Shown here piece after piece: positions 39,501-52,049 of a stretch of 64,000 bases of DNA. Numbering within the stretch: the stretch's first letter is position 1; each line of letters begins with the position of its first letter. The position numbers were made by a program, and so were the translations under genes. The notes below the pieces were generated by a model. That model saw only the letters and a program-made list of their open reading frames with translations. It was not told where the DNA came from and ran no database searches. Source of the DNA: Balanoglossus misakiensis (taxonomy: Eukaryota > Animalia > Hemichordata); the NCBI GenBank assembly GCA_040954595.2, contig CM082589.2, forward strand, positions 12,288,894-12,352,893. Reading direction: 5' to 3'.

Positions 39501-42500
39501 AATTAAACTGTTATGCTCATTGGAGTTGATATTGTGATGCACTTTGAAAAACACAATGATTCCACTGAAGAGGTATTGTACAGTAACACCTGTGATTACG
39601 GACATCTCTCTAATAAGGGATCGTTGGACCAAGCCAATCGTTCTTTGAATTTTTTCTGTGATAGGTTCATACTCGCTAGGTTCGGCCAAGTCCTTCTGGT
39701 TATGAATGCACAACTACAAATGTCACACAGTGCGCTACAGGGAAGTAAAGTGTTGAAGGAGGTAAGTCTTGAAATCTCTTTTCTTCTGGTCTCGATTTGA
39801 ACATGGTTCCACAAGTTGTTTACATCACTTGTAGTTTTACATATTTTTTTAGTTCAACAGCTATGCTATACATGGTGTCCTGAGAAGTCGACCAGTATGA
39901 GAAGTCGGTATCGGCCAGTACGAGAAGTCGGCCTGTGGGAGAGAACCCTGGTACTTTGTGTTATATATAACTGTTTCACTACGAAATGTTTCCTTGATGT
40001 ACAGGAGCTGAGATATTTGTACAAATAGCCGATGAATTTTAAAACTGTCTGTTCACTTTTCATGTACGTCACCGGGGTACGTCAACATCAGTCACCTGCA
40101 CTTCTTGAGCTGCGCCAGTAGTCTGTTCCTTGTCACGTTTGTTTGTTTGTTTGTTTGGTGTTGTCTCAGAAAGTATGAATATACACATACATCTTCTATG
40201 TATTTTAGTAGGCTTTGAAACAACTCCCTTTAATCAGAAATGTCACAGGAATTTGGCGAACAACCTAAGCTCCTTACGCGGATACGGGGATGGGGAACTG
40301 GTACGGATGCCAGACGCCATTATTTGAAATGACGCCATTGTGTTGTCAAGAATTTGGGAAATCCGTCCAAATGAAAATATTTAGTGCAATTATATTTTAT
40401 TAAGTGTTGTTATAAGTAATCTGGGTCATCACTGCACTATTCGGGTACAAGTTCAACAACTGGCCGACTTCTCATACGCGCGTAGTGGCTGACTTCTAAT
40501 CTGGCCGACTTCTCATGTATTCCTATACATTAGTGAAAATTGGGGAAACTGGTGTTTTCAGACAACTTATGAAGTCCCTTTCGCAATATTAACTCTAAAA
40601 CAGCGGGTGATATTCCTTTTAAAATTTAACCAAATAAGCATACTTGAACTCTGTCATATCGGCAAAACACTCACTACACAAGCTGCTGTTATTCTACAGA
40701 CATGACATGTGCTGATTGCGGCGTAGGTAACTACTGTCCAGATGGGTCAGACAGCCCCATTCCTTGTCCATCAAGTTATTATGCTGACACAGCCACAGAA
40801 GTATCCTGTACCCCTTGCGATCCAGGCTGTCAGTGTGCAGCAACATCACCCACTTGCCTGCACATCAAGAACCTACTCTCTGGGACCATCAACAACATGT
40901 ACTCCCCTTCTACCAGGTTTGTAGTCGTCTTAGTCGTAAAAACATATTTAAGGTGTTGGGCACCTCGAAATAAAGGGTCGTCTGATCATGTTAAAATTAA
41001 TACTGATGATACATTTAATCTATGGAATAAAAATTGGGGGTCAACCATCTAGAGTTTTGAAAAAGCGCCCTTTATCTAGCACCTCTTTCAGATTTTGCCA
41101 GGCTCGTAGATTTTTGTAAAATGGCCTCAAAAATAAGAATTTTGGAAGGTTTGTCATATTTTTTCACCATTGTAGAATCTAAATGTTCTGAATTATTTTA
41201 TTTTTAGCAATTTTGAGATTGCTTCATGTTCAGTATGATAATCGCATGTCAATACAACTGTTACATTAAAGGAAAAGTTCAAATCCGCCTAAAACCACAT
41301 TGCATTGGTACCTAGTTAAGTTGTCCTCACTTCTGACGCAAAATTTTGATGTGCAATGCACGTGTCTGTGAAATTGACGAATAAAAAAATTGTATACCAG
41401 TGCAAAATTAAAAACTCCCTGTGCAGCCTTCTTGGCAACTGCATGCTGGGAAAAGTACTCGGATGATGACGAAAAAGTTTCGGGGTTCCGGGTAGTGCTA
41501 CCCCGGAATACAATGTTGGGTGCAGACTCCAACTATGGAAAAGAGATGCAGAATGTCATGTGATATAGTAGTGAAAACAAATACACGTTGGTTCACGTAT
41601 TTCAGCTCTCAGCAATCAGGGTGCATTAAAAGGCCTTGATTGGTGTGATATTCACAATTGATGATTATAAATACTTACAGTTGTATACTGTTTTATTTTG
41701 TAAATATTGTGTACATTTGCAGCAATGAATCCGTGCGAACACAAACCTTAACCCATGCCGGAATGCTGGTACTTGCCAAGCAATCCAGGGATCTTGTACA
41801 GGCGTCACATGTCTATGTGCTGGCTGCTACCTGGGCTTCACATGTGAAACACGTGAGTACAGTACTTTGTCATTTATTAAAAAATCTAAGTGCTGAGGTA
41901 CATTGTAGTAATAATAGCAGGTGTAGTCATTATCATCATCATCATCATCATCTTTAAGTCAGTCATATGATCGGTAATAAAAACAGTAAAATCACCAGTA
42001 TAAAAACATAACAGAGAAATAATGAACGTGTACTGGTGTTACCATAGGTAACTGTTGTATAAAATTTTGAATTCCTGTCTTCCAGTTCCTAATCCATGCT
42101 TCACTAGTCCTTGTCTCAATGGAGGTACCTGCCAACAACAGGCAAATTCTTGTACTGCCACCATTGGCATGTGCACAGAGTGTTACTAGGGAAACAGGTG
42201 TGAGACAAGTAAGTTTGAATCTATAGCAGTTAATAATGATAATTATCATTTTTTTTTTATTATGATTTAAACTTCACTGATGTTGTACAAACACAAAAAT
42301 AGAAATAATAATAATAATAATAATAATTTATTTGTATAGCGTCAGTATCCACAAAAAATGTGATCAATGACGCTTAAAGCAAAAGTACAATACAACACAA
42401 CAAATGGCTAAAAAACAGATTTAAAAAGTAAAGTTTTAACATTTGATTTAAAAACAGATAAGTCTGGTGCCTGGCGAATGGTGAGTGGAAGATTATTCCA

Positions 42501-43786
42501 AAGAATTGGAGCAGCAACAGTAAAAGCACGATCACCATAACTCTTGGTGCGTGATCAAACAGGGCAGAGTTTGAACTGATCAGCTGACCTCAAATTGCGA
42601 CACGGAACATATAGATTAGTCATGCTAGAAAGATAGATTGGACCAAGTTTATGAATGGATTTAAAAATGAGAACTAACATCTTAAAAACAATACGCTCTG
42701 TAACAGGTAGCCAGTGCAACTGATACAAAATTGGAGTGATGTGACAGGTGATTTTTGAACGAGTAACAATTAGAAAGGGACAGCAGCTTAGCTCTATTCC
42801 TTTTCCAAAGTGTTTGTTCTTTTAAACTACCTGTTTTTTATTTATTCTGATTATGCTAATATGCTAATTTGTCGGTTTGTCACATCACAATTTTTGTAGG
42901 AAACTCACCCCTGGGAATTTTTTTCAGCCACTGACATACATTCATAATCACATGACATTGATGATCATGGAAAATTTGACCCTTTTCCTTGTAGGACTCA
43001 ACCAGTGTCCACCAAATCCGTGCCAGAATGGTGGCTTCTGTCAACCGGCTCGAAATTCCTGCTTTGATCTCACCTGCATATGTACTGGTTGCTACAAAGG
43101 TGATAGGTGTGAGATATGTAAGTATACAGCGCAGTCTCTTTTACCTTTTGTCTCTGATGCATTCAAATACTGCATGTTTCCTGAGCATAGGTGTAGCCAT
43201 CACCACAGCAGAGCTTGGAGCGTTCTTGACATCGAATGCAAGATTACACTCTTCCCAATCAAAATCACTTTCGTAGCGCATAATGTCTTGATTGTCTTAG
43301 TTCAAGAAACATTATGCGCGACTGGCCAATTTTACAGCCTTTTGTCAACGCACATCCACTATGGAAATTCTCACTCCAGGCCAGATAGTGTAAATTTACA
43401 TATGAGTCTACAGGTATGCTTGAAGTCAAGTCAAGCATTTGCAAGGAACCCTCCTCCAGTACACAGGTCTTTGATTTCATGAAGGGAAGCCCTTGCCTCA
43501 CAGTCACTGCCACATGATCTATGGAGGTGTGAACAACTTGATACCAGCCTAATATAAGTTGTAGGCACAATCACTCCACACACCCTTGCCATAATTCTGC
43601 AAGGTTTTTGCCATATCTGTACTGTAGAATGAGTAGCAAGGAATAAAATGGCGTCCTTTCTTAATTTCCAGTGCAAAACCCCTGTGATCCCAACCCATGT
43701 ATGAATGGTGGATTTTGCCAGCAAACATCGTGCAATTTCTATTCATGCCAGTGTGTGAACTCTTACACAGGTGACATCTGTCAAAC

Positions 43787-44904
43787 CATAGACCCTAGAG
43801 AAAGAAGGACGAGCAACTGCGGCAAAGATCAAAGGGTTTGGGGATTATCTGTATGATGATGTTCTTTTGCATATAATTAACACCCAGGACAGTTGGACAA
43901 TGACTTCCTTACTTCGGCACGTGTCGACCCCACCAGTGATGCGAAAACTTGCCACCAAACTGACACTCCTGCATTTCAGCAGCCACTGCGTTTTTTTCTA
44001 AAATTCTAAAAGTATTACGATGTCTGTGCTAATTATTATGGTCGTCTGTCGGATGAACGGTCATTTCTAGTGCCACAAGCTTCATTTAAAAATTGTAAAC
44101 AAATCATCCATGCCAAATTCCTGTTTAACTTGTGCAGATGTGTTCCATAAATGATTGCTGCGTTCAACCACGTTGCAGTTTTCTCGTCTTCTGCGAGATG
44201 TTCTAAGGTGTTTGTGATAACTTCAGGCAAAACGCGAGACTTTGCGTTAGTTTATACACAGTTTATTTGCAAATTGGATTATTGGGATTTACCTGGAAAT
44301 AATGTATGCAAAAGAACATCATTTCAAGAAAAAACTGGAGTTGCGCGTCCTTCTTGCATGTCCGACTGGGCACTCATATTTCTTGGTAACGCTGACACTT
44401 TTCGTAATAATTTTATGTTTGCGTGAAGCATTGAAACAAAAATTGTGGTTTAGGGGCATTTTATTTCGCAGTGCGTGAACAATAAAACAGATTTCACGAA
44501 AACAATTTATAAACAAACTGGCTGGATTTTCATGTGTGCGCTATTGCCGCCAGGCAACCCTCGGTACGGTTAGCTCGCAGCCTTGTGAAATACCCGGACT
44601 GTTAGACAAAAGATGCTTGTTTTGGACGCTGTCAGACTCAGAGGTGCCAAATTCCTGTTTAACTTGTGCAGATGTGTTCCATAAATGATTGCTGCGTTCA
44701 ACCACGTTGCAGTTTTCTCGTCTTCTGCGAGATGTTCTAAGGTGTTTGTGATAACTTCACGCAAAACGCGAGACTTTGCGTTAGTTTATACACAGTTTAT
44801 TTGCAAATTGGATTATTGGGATTTACCTGGAAATAATGTATGCAAAAGAACATCATTTCAAGAAAAAACTGGAGTTGCGCGTCCTTCTTTCTCTAGGGTC
44901 CATG
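43787..44904. mobile_element. Copy of the P-like element
   Basis: Same TIRs and TSD. Confidence 0.88.
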
Positions 44905-47900
44905 GTCAAACAAGTGAGTATATACTTTCAAGACACCCTGCAAACAAACAAGCAATCTTTATTCCGTAGATCTTTAAGCATATTTATGCATTGTATATTT
45001 TGATGTGAAACTTCAAATTTTATTTGTCTTGTTGCCAAACTTCTGAAGAAATGAGGATATTGTTTTGAAGGGTATTTTATCAGTAGATAACAAATACCAT
45101 GGCCCTCCATGCAAATACCCACATGGTAAATTAAAACTGTTACAGGTGTATTTGATTTCCACATATGGATTACATGTGGGATAATATTGGGTGCTGGCAG
45201 TTTCAGTAAATGAACTGCTCTTAAAAGTTGGGTGTCAGGGCACCCTTGACTTCTTATTGTTCAGTTATACATTTAGGAGGCTCAGTTATAGGAGAACCCG
45301 ATAGAACCACAGCTGTAGGAATTAGGGAAATGGTCATACCCTAAAAAACTTATGTACTACTATTTTTTTTTCATGCCATTGAAACAGAACAAACTCCATG
45401 TAGGCCAAGTCCATGCCTGAACAATGGGCGGTGTACTCAGCTGTCTTGTACAACTTATGAGTGTACTTGTCCAGGATGTTTCACCGGCACACACTGCAAC
45501 CAGTGTAAAACTCATTAAAACAAACATTTGTCATGCAGGAACTAACATTTACAATCATGTCTCAATACATTGTCTGTTGGTCATACTTTATATTTTCATC
45601 TTCAGCATCACACCTTGGTCCTTGGGAATCGGTCACCTCAAAAATGATGTACAGCTGAAAGAAAACATGTTTATTTGAAGAAAAAACTGTTGATCGTTCA
45701 TGAAAATTTTCCCTACACAAGATACATATACAGAGATTTTCATAGCCCCATAAGTGCGTCCCAGAATGAGCAAGTTGTTTTTGGAAGTGAAGTTCCGTTC
45801 AGTATTTACAGTAATGGTAATGATGATGTTTTCATCAAACAGATTTTGAAAGTAAATATTGCTGAGATAACATTAGGTTGCACTTTTTATTGCAGTCCAA
45901 GATCCAGGCCAGCGAAACAGCTGTCTCAACGGGGCTGTATGTAATGCAGTGGCCAACTCCTGCACGGCATATACCTGTGCCTGTACTGGTTGCTATGAGG
46001 GTAACCGTTGTGAAATATGTAAGTTTCTGACGTACCGTAAATGACAATCTTTTGGGCACTTTCTCTTCATGGCAATTGAATTGTGTGGTAACTTCTCATT
46101 TCTAAAATTTCCCCAAGAGAAAAGAAAGGAAAAGGAAACAGAAATTTCATTTGTATGTCCGTGCAATTTAGGATAGGCACGAACTTGTGAGGAAGTGTAC
46201 GAAGTTGGATGTTTTCATCACTCAAATATACAAGAGTTGCCTCTTGAAGACTAGTGTCTGTAGAGATAATTGTGCATGTGAGGTAATCTCTCCTAAGGTG
46301 GTGCACACCTCTGAGTATTAAGTAAAAGAGACGTCCTTAATTATCCTTACTATTTGGCTTGAAAAATCAATCTTACTAGGTGTTCTGATTAGAGAGGTGT
46401 CCATAAAGACAGGTTTTACTGTATTACCCAAAATAGAGACATTGTCCCTTCATCATATACTTAATGCGTGTTCTGGGTATGGTTCCAGTATAATGCTTGT
46501 GTCAAAGGATTTTGTTGTGGTGCAGGAATCATCTTTGGTTGAGGTGTAGCCATCTGCATTTCATGTGTTTTAAACTATTTTTTTTTCTGATTGTCATTAA
46601 CCCATGTGATCAGAATCCGTGTCAAAATGGAGGCTATTGTTCCAAAACACCAAATTCTTATACTGACTACACCTGTTACTGCCAGTAGTGTTGGACTGGG
46701 GCCATCTGTGCCGTAGGTGTGTCGAATTACTGTTTTATGACACAGCGTGGTATAAAAACCCTCATTTTTGGTATTCTCAATGTGATAGATGGACCCATAC
46801 ACCAATAAATGGGGTGGAAGCATTACTAAGTTTCATCCTTTCAAAATTTGCTGATGTAGGGTCAAAATTGAGTGTGAGGTGCATGTTAAAAAGGAAAGCC
46901 TTCTGTATCATGTTGATGGCACATTTTTTTAATTTTTCAAGATTCTTACAGAAAAATCCTAGCAATAGCATCATTATGTTATTTTAAATGTAAAGGTTTG
47001 AAACAAGGAATAAAGACATTGCTCACATATTTAAACGAAATGAACATCACAAGTACATGTACAAGTTTTTGACAAGCAGGTAATTGATACTTTCATTTTT
47101 GTTTTGGCAGCCATTGATCAGTTATACCCTATGCCTTGTCAAAATGGTGGCACATGCGTTGCGTGAGACGGCTGTTTCCTGTTTGACTGTATGTGTACCG
47201 AATGCTTCACTGGTGCCACATGTACAATGCGTAAGTACTAACCAATATTATTTTATTCAATGCAAAACACTTGTTATATATTATATAATATAAGTACGGT
47301 ACACATATTAAAGCCCTGGTAACTCAAACTTTGGGCTAGCTTAATGTTATCACTATTTTTGTTTTCGGTTGCAACTGTGGTTTCTTGTCACACTCTAAAG
47401 GATTTCACAGCATTTGGTTTTTCAAAACAGCCCTTTGGTTGTTGTCATGTATACATGTACATGACTGTGGAGTGTAGTTTGTAGATTCTGTAATTTTGAC
47501 AATATCTTGACTGCACATCCCACAGCTGTCAACCAGTGTCAACCCATCCAGTGTCGGAATGGTGGAAACTGTGTGCTGACGCCCAATTGGTGTACTGAAT
47601 TCACATGCTCCTGTACAAGCTGTTACTCCGGCGATTTATGTCAGACATGTGAGTGATTTTAAATTTCAGATGAAGAGGAACATAATAACATAACACATAA
47701 TCGGCTTGCAGTTGGTTTCTTCCAACCTGTATCAAACAGTGAATAACGACACAATTTTGGGGAAATTTATTAAGAATGTGTGTGCCATAAAAGGGGATTG
47801 TGTATTTGACCAAATAACAACCTGCACCGTATGGTACACTAAGACACTATTACACCTGTGTCAAAATTTCATTACGTTTCTTTTGTTGAACATGGAAGAA

Positions 47901-50276
47901 ATTTGTCACAGTGATGTTCTGTTGACCAACTGAGATTTTTACCACTCAACCCTGACTGCACAAATCTGTTTAAAGTATATGTAGTAAATATTAACTGTAC
48001 ACAATTTATATCACTTTCTCTTCTGTGCACAGATTTGAATCCGTGTCAGCCCAACCCTTGTCTAAACAGTGGATTCTGCCAGCAAGTGTCCTGCACCGAG
48101 TTCAGATGCCAGAGTCCACGCTGTTTCATCGGAACCACGTGCGCTGAACGTAAGCAAACCAGTGTCAGATTTCCCGCACAAAGTAGAAATCGCTGGGCTT
48201 TGTCATTGATATTGTCTCAATAAAGTTGCCTGTGATTGTGCAGCTAACCAAGAGACTTATATGCACTACGGTAGCCATGATGAATACTTTCATTGACTCA
48301 AATGCTCATCAGTGTAGATGTTGCTATTTTTCCAACCGTAAATTGAAACATCAGAAAGTTATGACATCAACTACCCCCACCCCCACCCCACCCACCCCCA
48401 ACTAGTAAATATTATAAGATTCAGTAATTATGATAAAGATGGTAGCACCAAGCTTGGATCAAGTGGTCTTCATTATCCTTCACACATGAACATGATCACA
48501 CGGATGTGCAATCTTCTGACAGTCTGCTACAGATTTCACTTCCCACTCAAGTGTGTAAGACCCTAATGTGATACTTTTCATTTCTCTCACCCTTAGCGAT
48601 CAACCAGTGTCTTCTAAACCCATGTCTGAATAACGGAGTGTATCAGCCACTTCAAGGCTCCTGCTCAATCTACACCTGCAACTGTCCAACCTGCTACACT
48701 GGGCAAACATGTGTTACATGTAAGTCACAAGTTTTTAGGTCCCATTGGTATGTACCATGGGAACTTATGGGATTGGTTACGTCTGTATGTATGGATGGAT
48801 GGATGGATGTATGTCTGTATGTCCGTCCGTCCACATGAAAAACTTGAAAACCGCAGCGCGTATGACCTCGATATTTGGCGTGTAGATGCAGGCAGGGCTG
48901 TAGATGGGAGTTTGTTCAAATGAAGATGTCATTGCCAAAAATATGCAAATTAGCTGGGAAAATGTGAAATTGGTCAAAACTCAAAAACTGGACAACCACT
49001 GGTCATATTGATTTGAAAAATGGTATGCATGTACCTTATATCAACCTCATACAACCCTGTATGTTTTGAGCTAATATTATCGATTTCCTATTTTTTTGCA
49101 TTTTTTTGTATTTTTCCATGTTATTGGTAAAAGTCTTTGAAATTTAGTATGAAGCCTCCTAATGTTGTCTAAGTAACCATAGTTTTGTTCAAATTGTTGC
49201 AAAATTTGCATATCTATAATTTTGAGCATTATTTGCCATTTTTGGTCAAAAAATGTTTTTCTTTAAAACCTCATGCCAGATTGCTTTGCAATTTGGTAGG
49301 CATGTTCGTAGGGGTAACCTAAATAATATGTTGTAAAAAATGTGATATTTGCATAAATGTGTTATCGGGGAAACTTTTGCAATTTTTGTCAAAAATTGTT
49401 TTCACTGAAACCGCTTATCCTATTGCATTGAACTTAGGCAGCATGTTCCTTGTAGTGATTGAAGTAAGATATTGTACAATTTTGGTGATATTTGCATATT
49501 TGTGTTTTTGCCACTTTTGAACAAATATGTTCTGTGAAACTGCTTGTTGTATTGCTTTGAAATTAGTTTTTTCTCTGATTGCTTTGAAATTTAGGATATA
49601 ATTTCATAACACATACCTGTATATGTGCAACTTTTATTCAATTCTGAGATCAGAAAGATTAAATATTTAGCGAGTTTTTTTGGTAAGTTTCTTTGTTTTT
49701 GGTTAGCAAATCTTCTCCTAAACAAATTGTCCAGTTGTTTTTAAAGTTACTATTTACAAGGAGTTGTTACCTCGAACAAAGACATGTTTACATAACTTAA
49801 ATAGGCCAGCTGTTACAGAGACCACCAGCTATCACATTTTAATTACCAGTGGCAGGTCAGTGTGTGTCTGTTCCAGGGCTGACTGAAAGAAGTTGCTTCG
49901 CATATGTGTTTGTGTACAGACAATTTTTGGTAAATTTTTTTTTCTAGCACCACTTGTAAGACTGCCATGACACATGACAGTTTATTGGGCATGTTCCTTG
50001 TTAATGTTTTTACATTGCATATTTCTATATGGTCAGATCATAAGTGCTTGCAAATGTCACCTGTAATTTTTATTCTGCTGTGTCACTGTTTCCGCATAAT
50101 CCTCAAATGTCATCAGATCTCCGAATGTGATGAAAACAGTGTGTTTTGAGTGGGTTTTTTTAATGACCTTTTCGGTTAAAAGTGGCAAAAATGGCAATTT
50201 TGTCTTCAAAGGGGTCAATAAGACTGACTTTTTTGGAATCAGCACCATTTTTTACATTGAATGGACTAGTCTGCTC

Positions 50277-50741
50277 GCTGGCTGCTGATGAGCTCTCTTT
50301 TGTTTATTTGGTTTCGAGCGTTGATGGCGCTGTTTTCTGACCGCATTCACAGATGCCGTATCTGCACCATTATTTTGGGTTTTCTCCTCAATCCCACTAG
50401 CCTGAACCTCTGATACCTCAAATGAACAGGCTGTACTCAGAAGATTCTCTAGTGTCGTCTCCTCCCGAAGAGCACGACGTCTGAGACGGGCTGATGTGAA
50501 TCCTCGTATGATTTGTGATTTGACCTCTTGATCCGGCTAGCTGATTCTCCGTGTTCTCTGTCCTCGTCGCAAAATATAGAATCGTGGGTGGGCAATAATG
50601 ACAACACGAGACACCAAGTCCGGCATGTAAGAGTGAGAGTGCCTAGCCTCGTTCACGCACTTTATTCATAATGACCCGAATGTTTACGTCATTTTACAGA
50701 ATGTATAAAGTATAGATGCTCACCAGTGTTTGGACACTACA
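50277..50741 (-). mobile_element. Gypsy 5' LTR, PBS and internally deleted gag fragment
   Basis: LTR about 50575-50741 (minus strand starts TGTAGTGT; AATAAA near 50661). PBS-like TTGCGACGAGGA. Gag reads EVKSQIIRGFTSARLRRRALREETTLENLL...SEVQASGIEE. Confidence 0.8.
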
Positions 50742-50942
50742 ATATACATGTGACTGCAGTGTCTTTCCAATCATGAATTTGCAAGGTGTCCTTCGGAGAA
50801 AATCTTCTGATTCTCTTTTCTGATTTGCTTTGCATATATGACTTAATGATCTCATTTGTTGGAATTCCCTGTCCCAAATTTTTGATGATCAGTCTCTGCC
50901 CCATTGCTCATCGTCCCAACTTTCTTGTGTATTGAAAACCAG

Positions 50943-51066
50943 GAATCAACCAATGCGATCCCAATCCGTGCTTGAACAGTGGTTTCTGCCAGATGACATC
51001 TGGATCATGTGAACTGTACACATGTTTCTGTCAGAATTGTTTTCACTGGTGACCTTTGTGAACAAA
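50943..51066 (+). pseudogene. EGF-like exon E9 (unique in window, +1 frameshift)
   Basis: aaccag|...|gtaagt; INQCDPNPCLNSGFCQMTSGSCELYTCFCQNCF / TGDLCEQ; 124 bp. Confidence 0.85.
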
Positions 51067-51399
51067 GTAAGTTTTGATTTATTGTCTTGGGATAATAATT
51101 TATACAGTTTAAAGTATCACCATTTCTTTCAATATGTAGATTTTTTGTTTTTCTCTACAAGTGTAATCAAGATCTGCATGAAAATTTGTGTCGCTGTCAC
51201 CGAACCCAGCTAGTCCATACAACCAACAGTATGAATCACCACCTCATGCTGGGCGTAGCCATAGGCTATACATGCCTGCCGGTATCGAAGGCCATTATGA
51301 GTATTGGTACCAGACCCCTTTTGAGAATGAATCATGGTTCCACCCTTATGGTAAAAAGTAAGATTACTCCATGCTAATAAATAACAATATTAGAATGAA

Positions 51400-51770
51400 A
51401 GTACATTCCAAGTGACTTGTTGGGAGTATCGGGCCACTTAATCCCGAAAAATTGCAATCAGCCTGATTTTCAGTTAACCAATCTAAAGCCCAACTTTTCG
51501 TGTATTTAGTTGGGTTTCTAAAACTAACAAATTTTTTGACAATATTTATGGCATGATGAACACTACTCTCACAACTGGTGTAATTTTTATGTGTTTGGAA
51601 TCGTAGACACCATTTATCTTTTAGTCAACTCTAAATCTAATATAACAGTCGCGAAAATTGCTATGACAAACAAAAAATGAAGTGCTGACAGGGGACACCC
51701 TTGTCAGATCCCTTTGGATGGAGAACATTTAGAGAAGACATTGCCATTTTTCAAACATCTAGTATGTGAT
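51400..51770 (-). mobile_element. Degenerate L1/Tx1-type reverse transcriptase fragment
   Basis: The minus strand gives KGI*QGCPLSALHF (the RQGCPLS motif) and GIKWPDTPNKSLGMYF. Confidence 0.7.
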
Positions 51771-52049
51771 TATTCATAGTTTTAACCCTAACGCTGCCAA
51801 GTCAGTTTGATATCCAGGGTGCCTAGAATCCTGGCTCCCAGGCCTGTTAGGCTGCCAAGGGCGTGTTACGCAGTAGGGCCTATACAAGACCCTCAAACCA
51901 AACCAGAGCAAACCAGTACGATTTAGTACATTTAAGGGGGGTTTAGACTGCCAAGTGTGTCTAACATATGAGAGCCATGGCAAGACAGTCAAAATACGTT
52001 TAGGAAGAAAAAATGGCAAATACATACTTTAAGGGACTTGACACTCTAA

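Larger units (their letters stand above)
1..50276. repeat. Tandem array of ~14.9-kb near-identical units (1-14905, 14906-29666, 29667-44558, partial 44559-50276)
   Basis: The window start cctcggtacggttagctc recurs at 14906, 29667 and 44559. The ORF track repeats at the same offsets. Units differ by scattered SNPs and a few indels. Homology to unit 1 stops after ctagtctgctc (6029 = 50276). Confidence 0.97.
38340..51066 (+). pseudogene. Third copy of the pseudogene (lacks E8, ends with unique exon E9)
   Basis: Same exons through E7 (48597-48719), then a junction at 50276 and an EGF exon at 50943-51066. Confidence 0.8.

Noticed and set aside
1-44558. Pure assembly artefact
   Set aside because: Each unit has private SNPs and structured indels, which favours real copies. 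It cannot be fully excluded without reads.
1-50276. Whole unit as a giant transposon (Helitron or Maverick) with captured exons
   Set aside because: No element termini bound the unit and no transposase, Rep/helicase or polymerase ORF is present. The junction looks like a deletion within an older tandem duplication.
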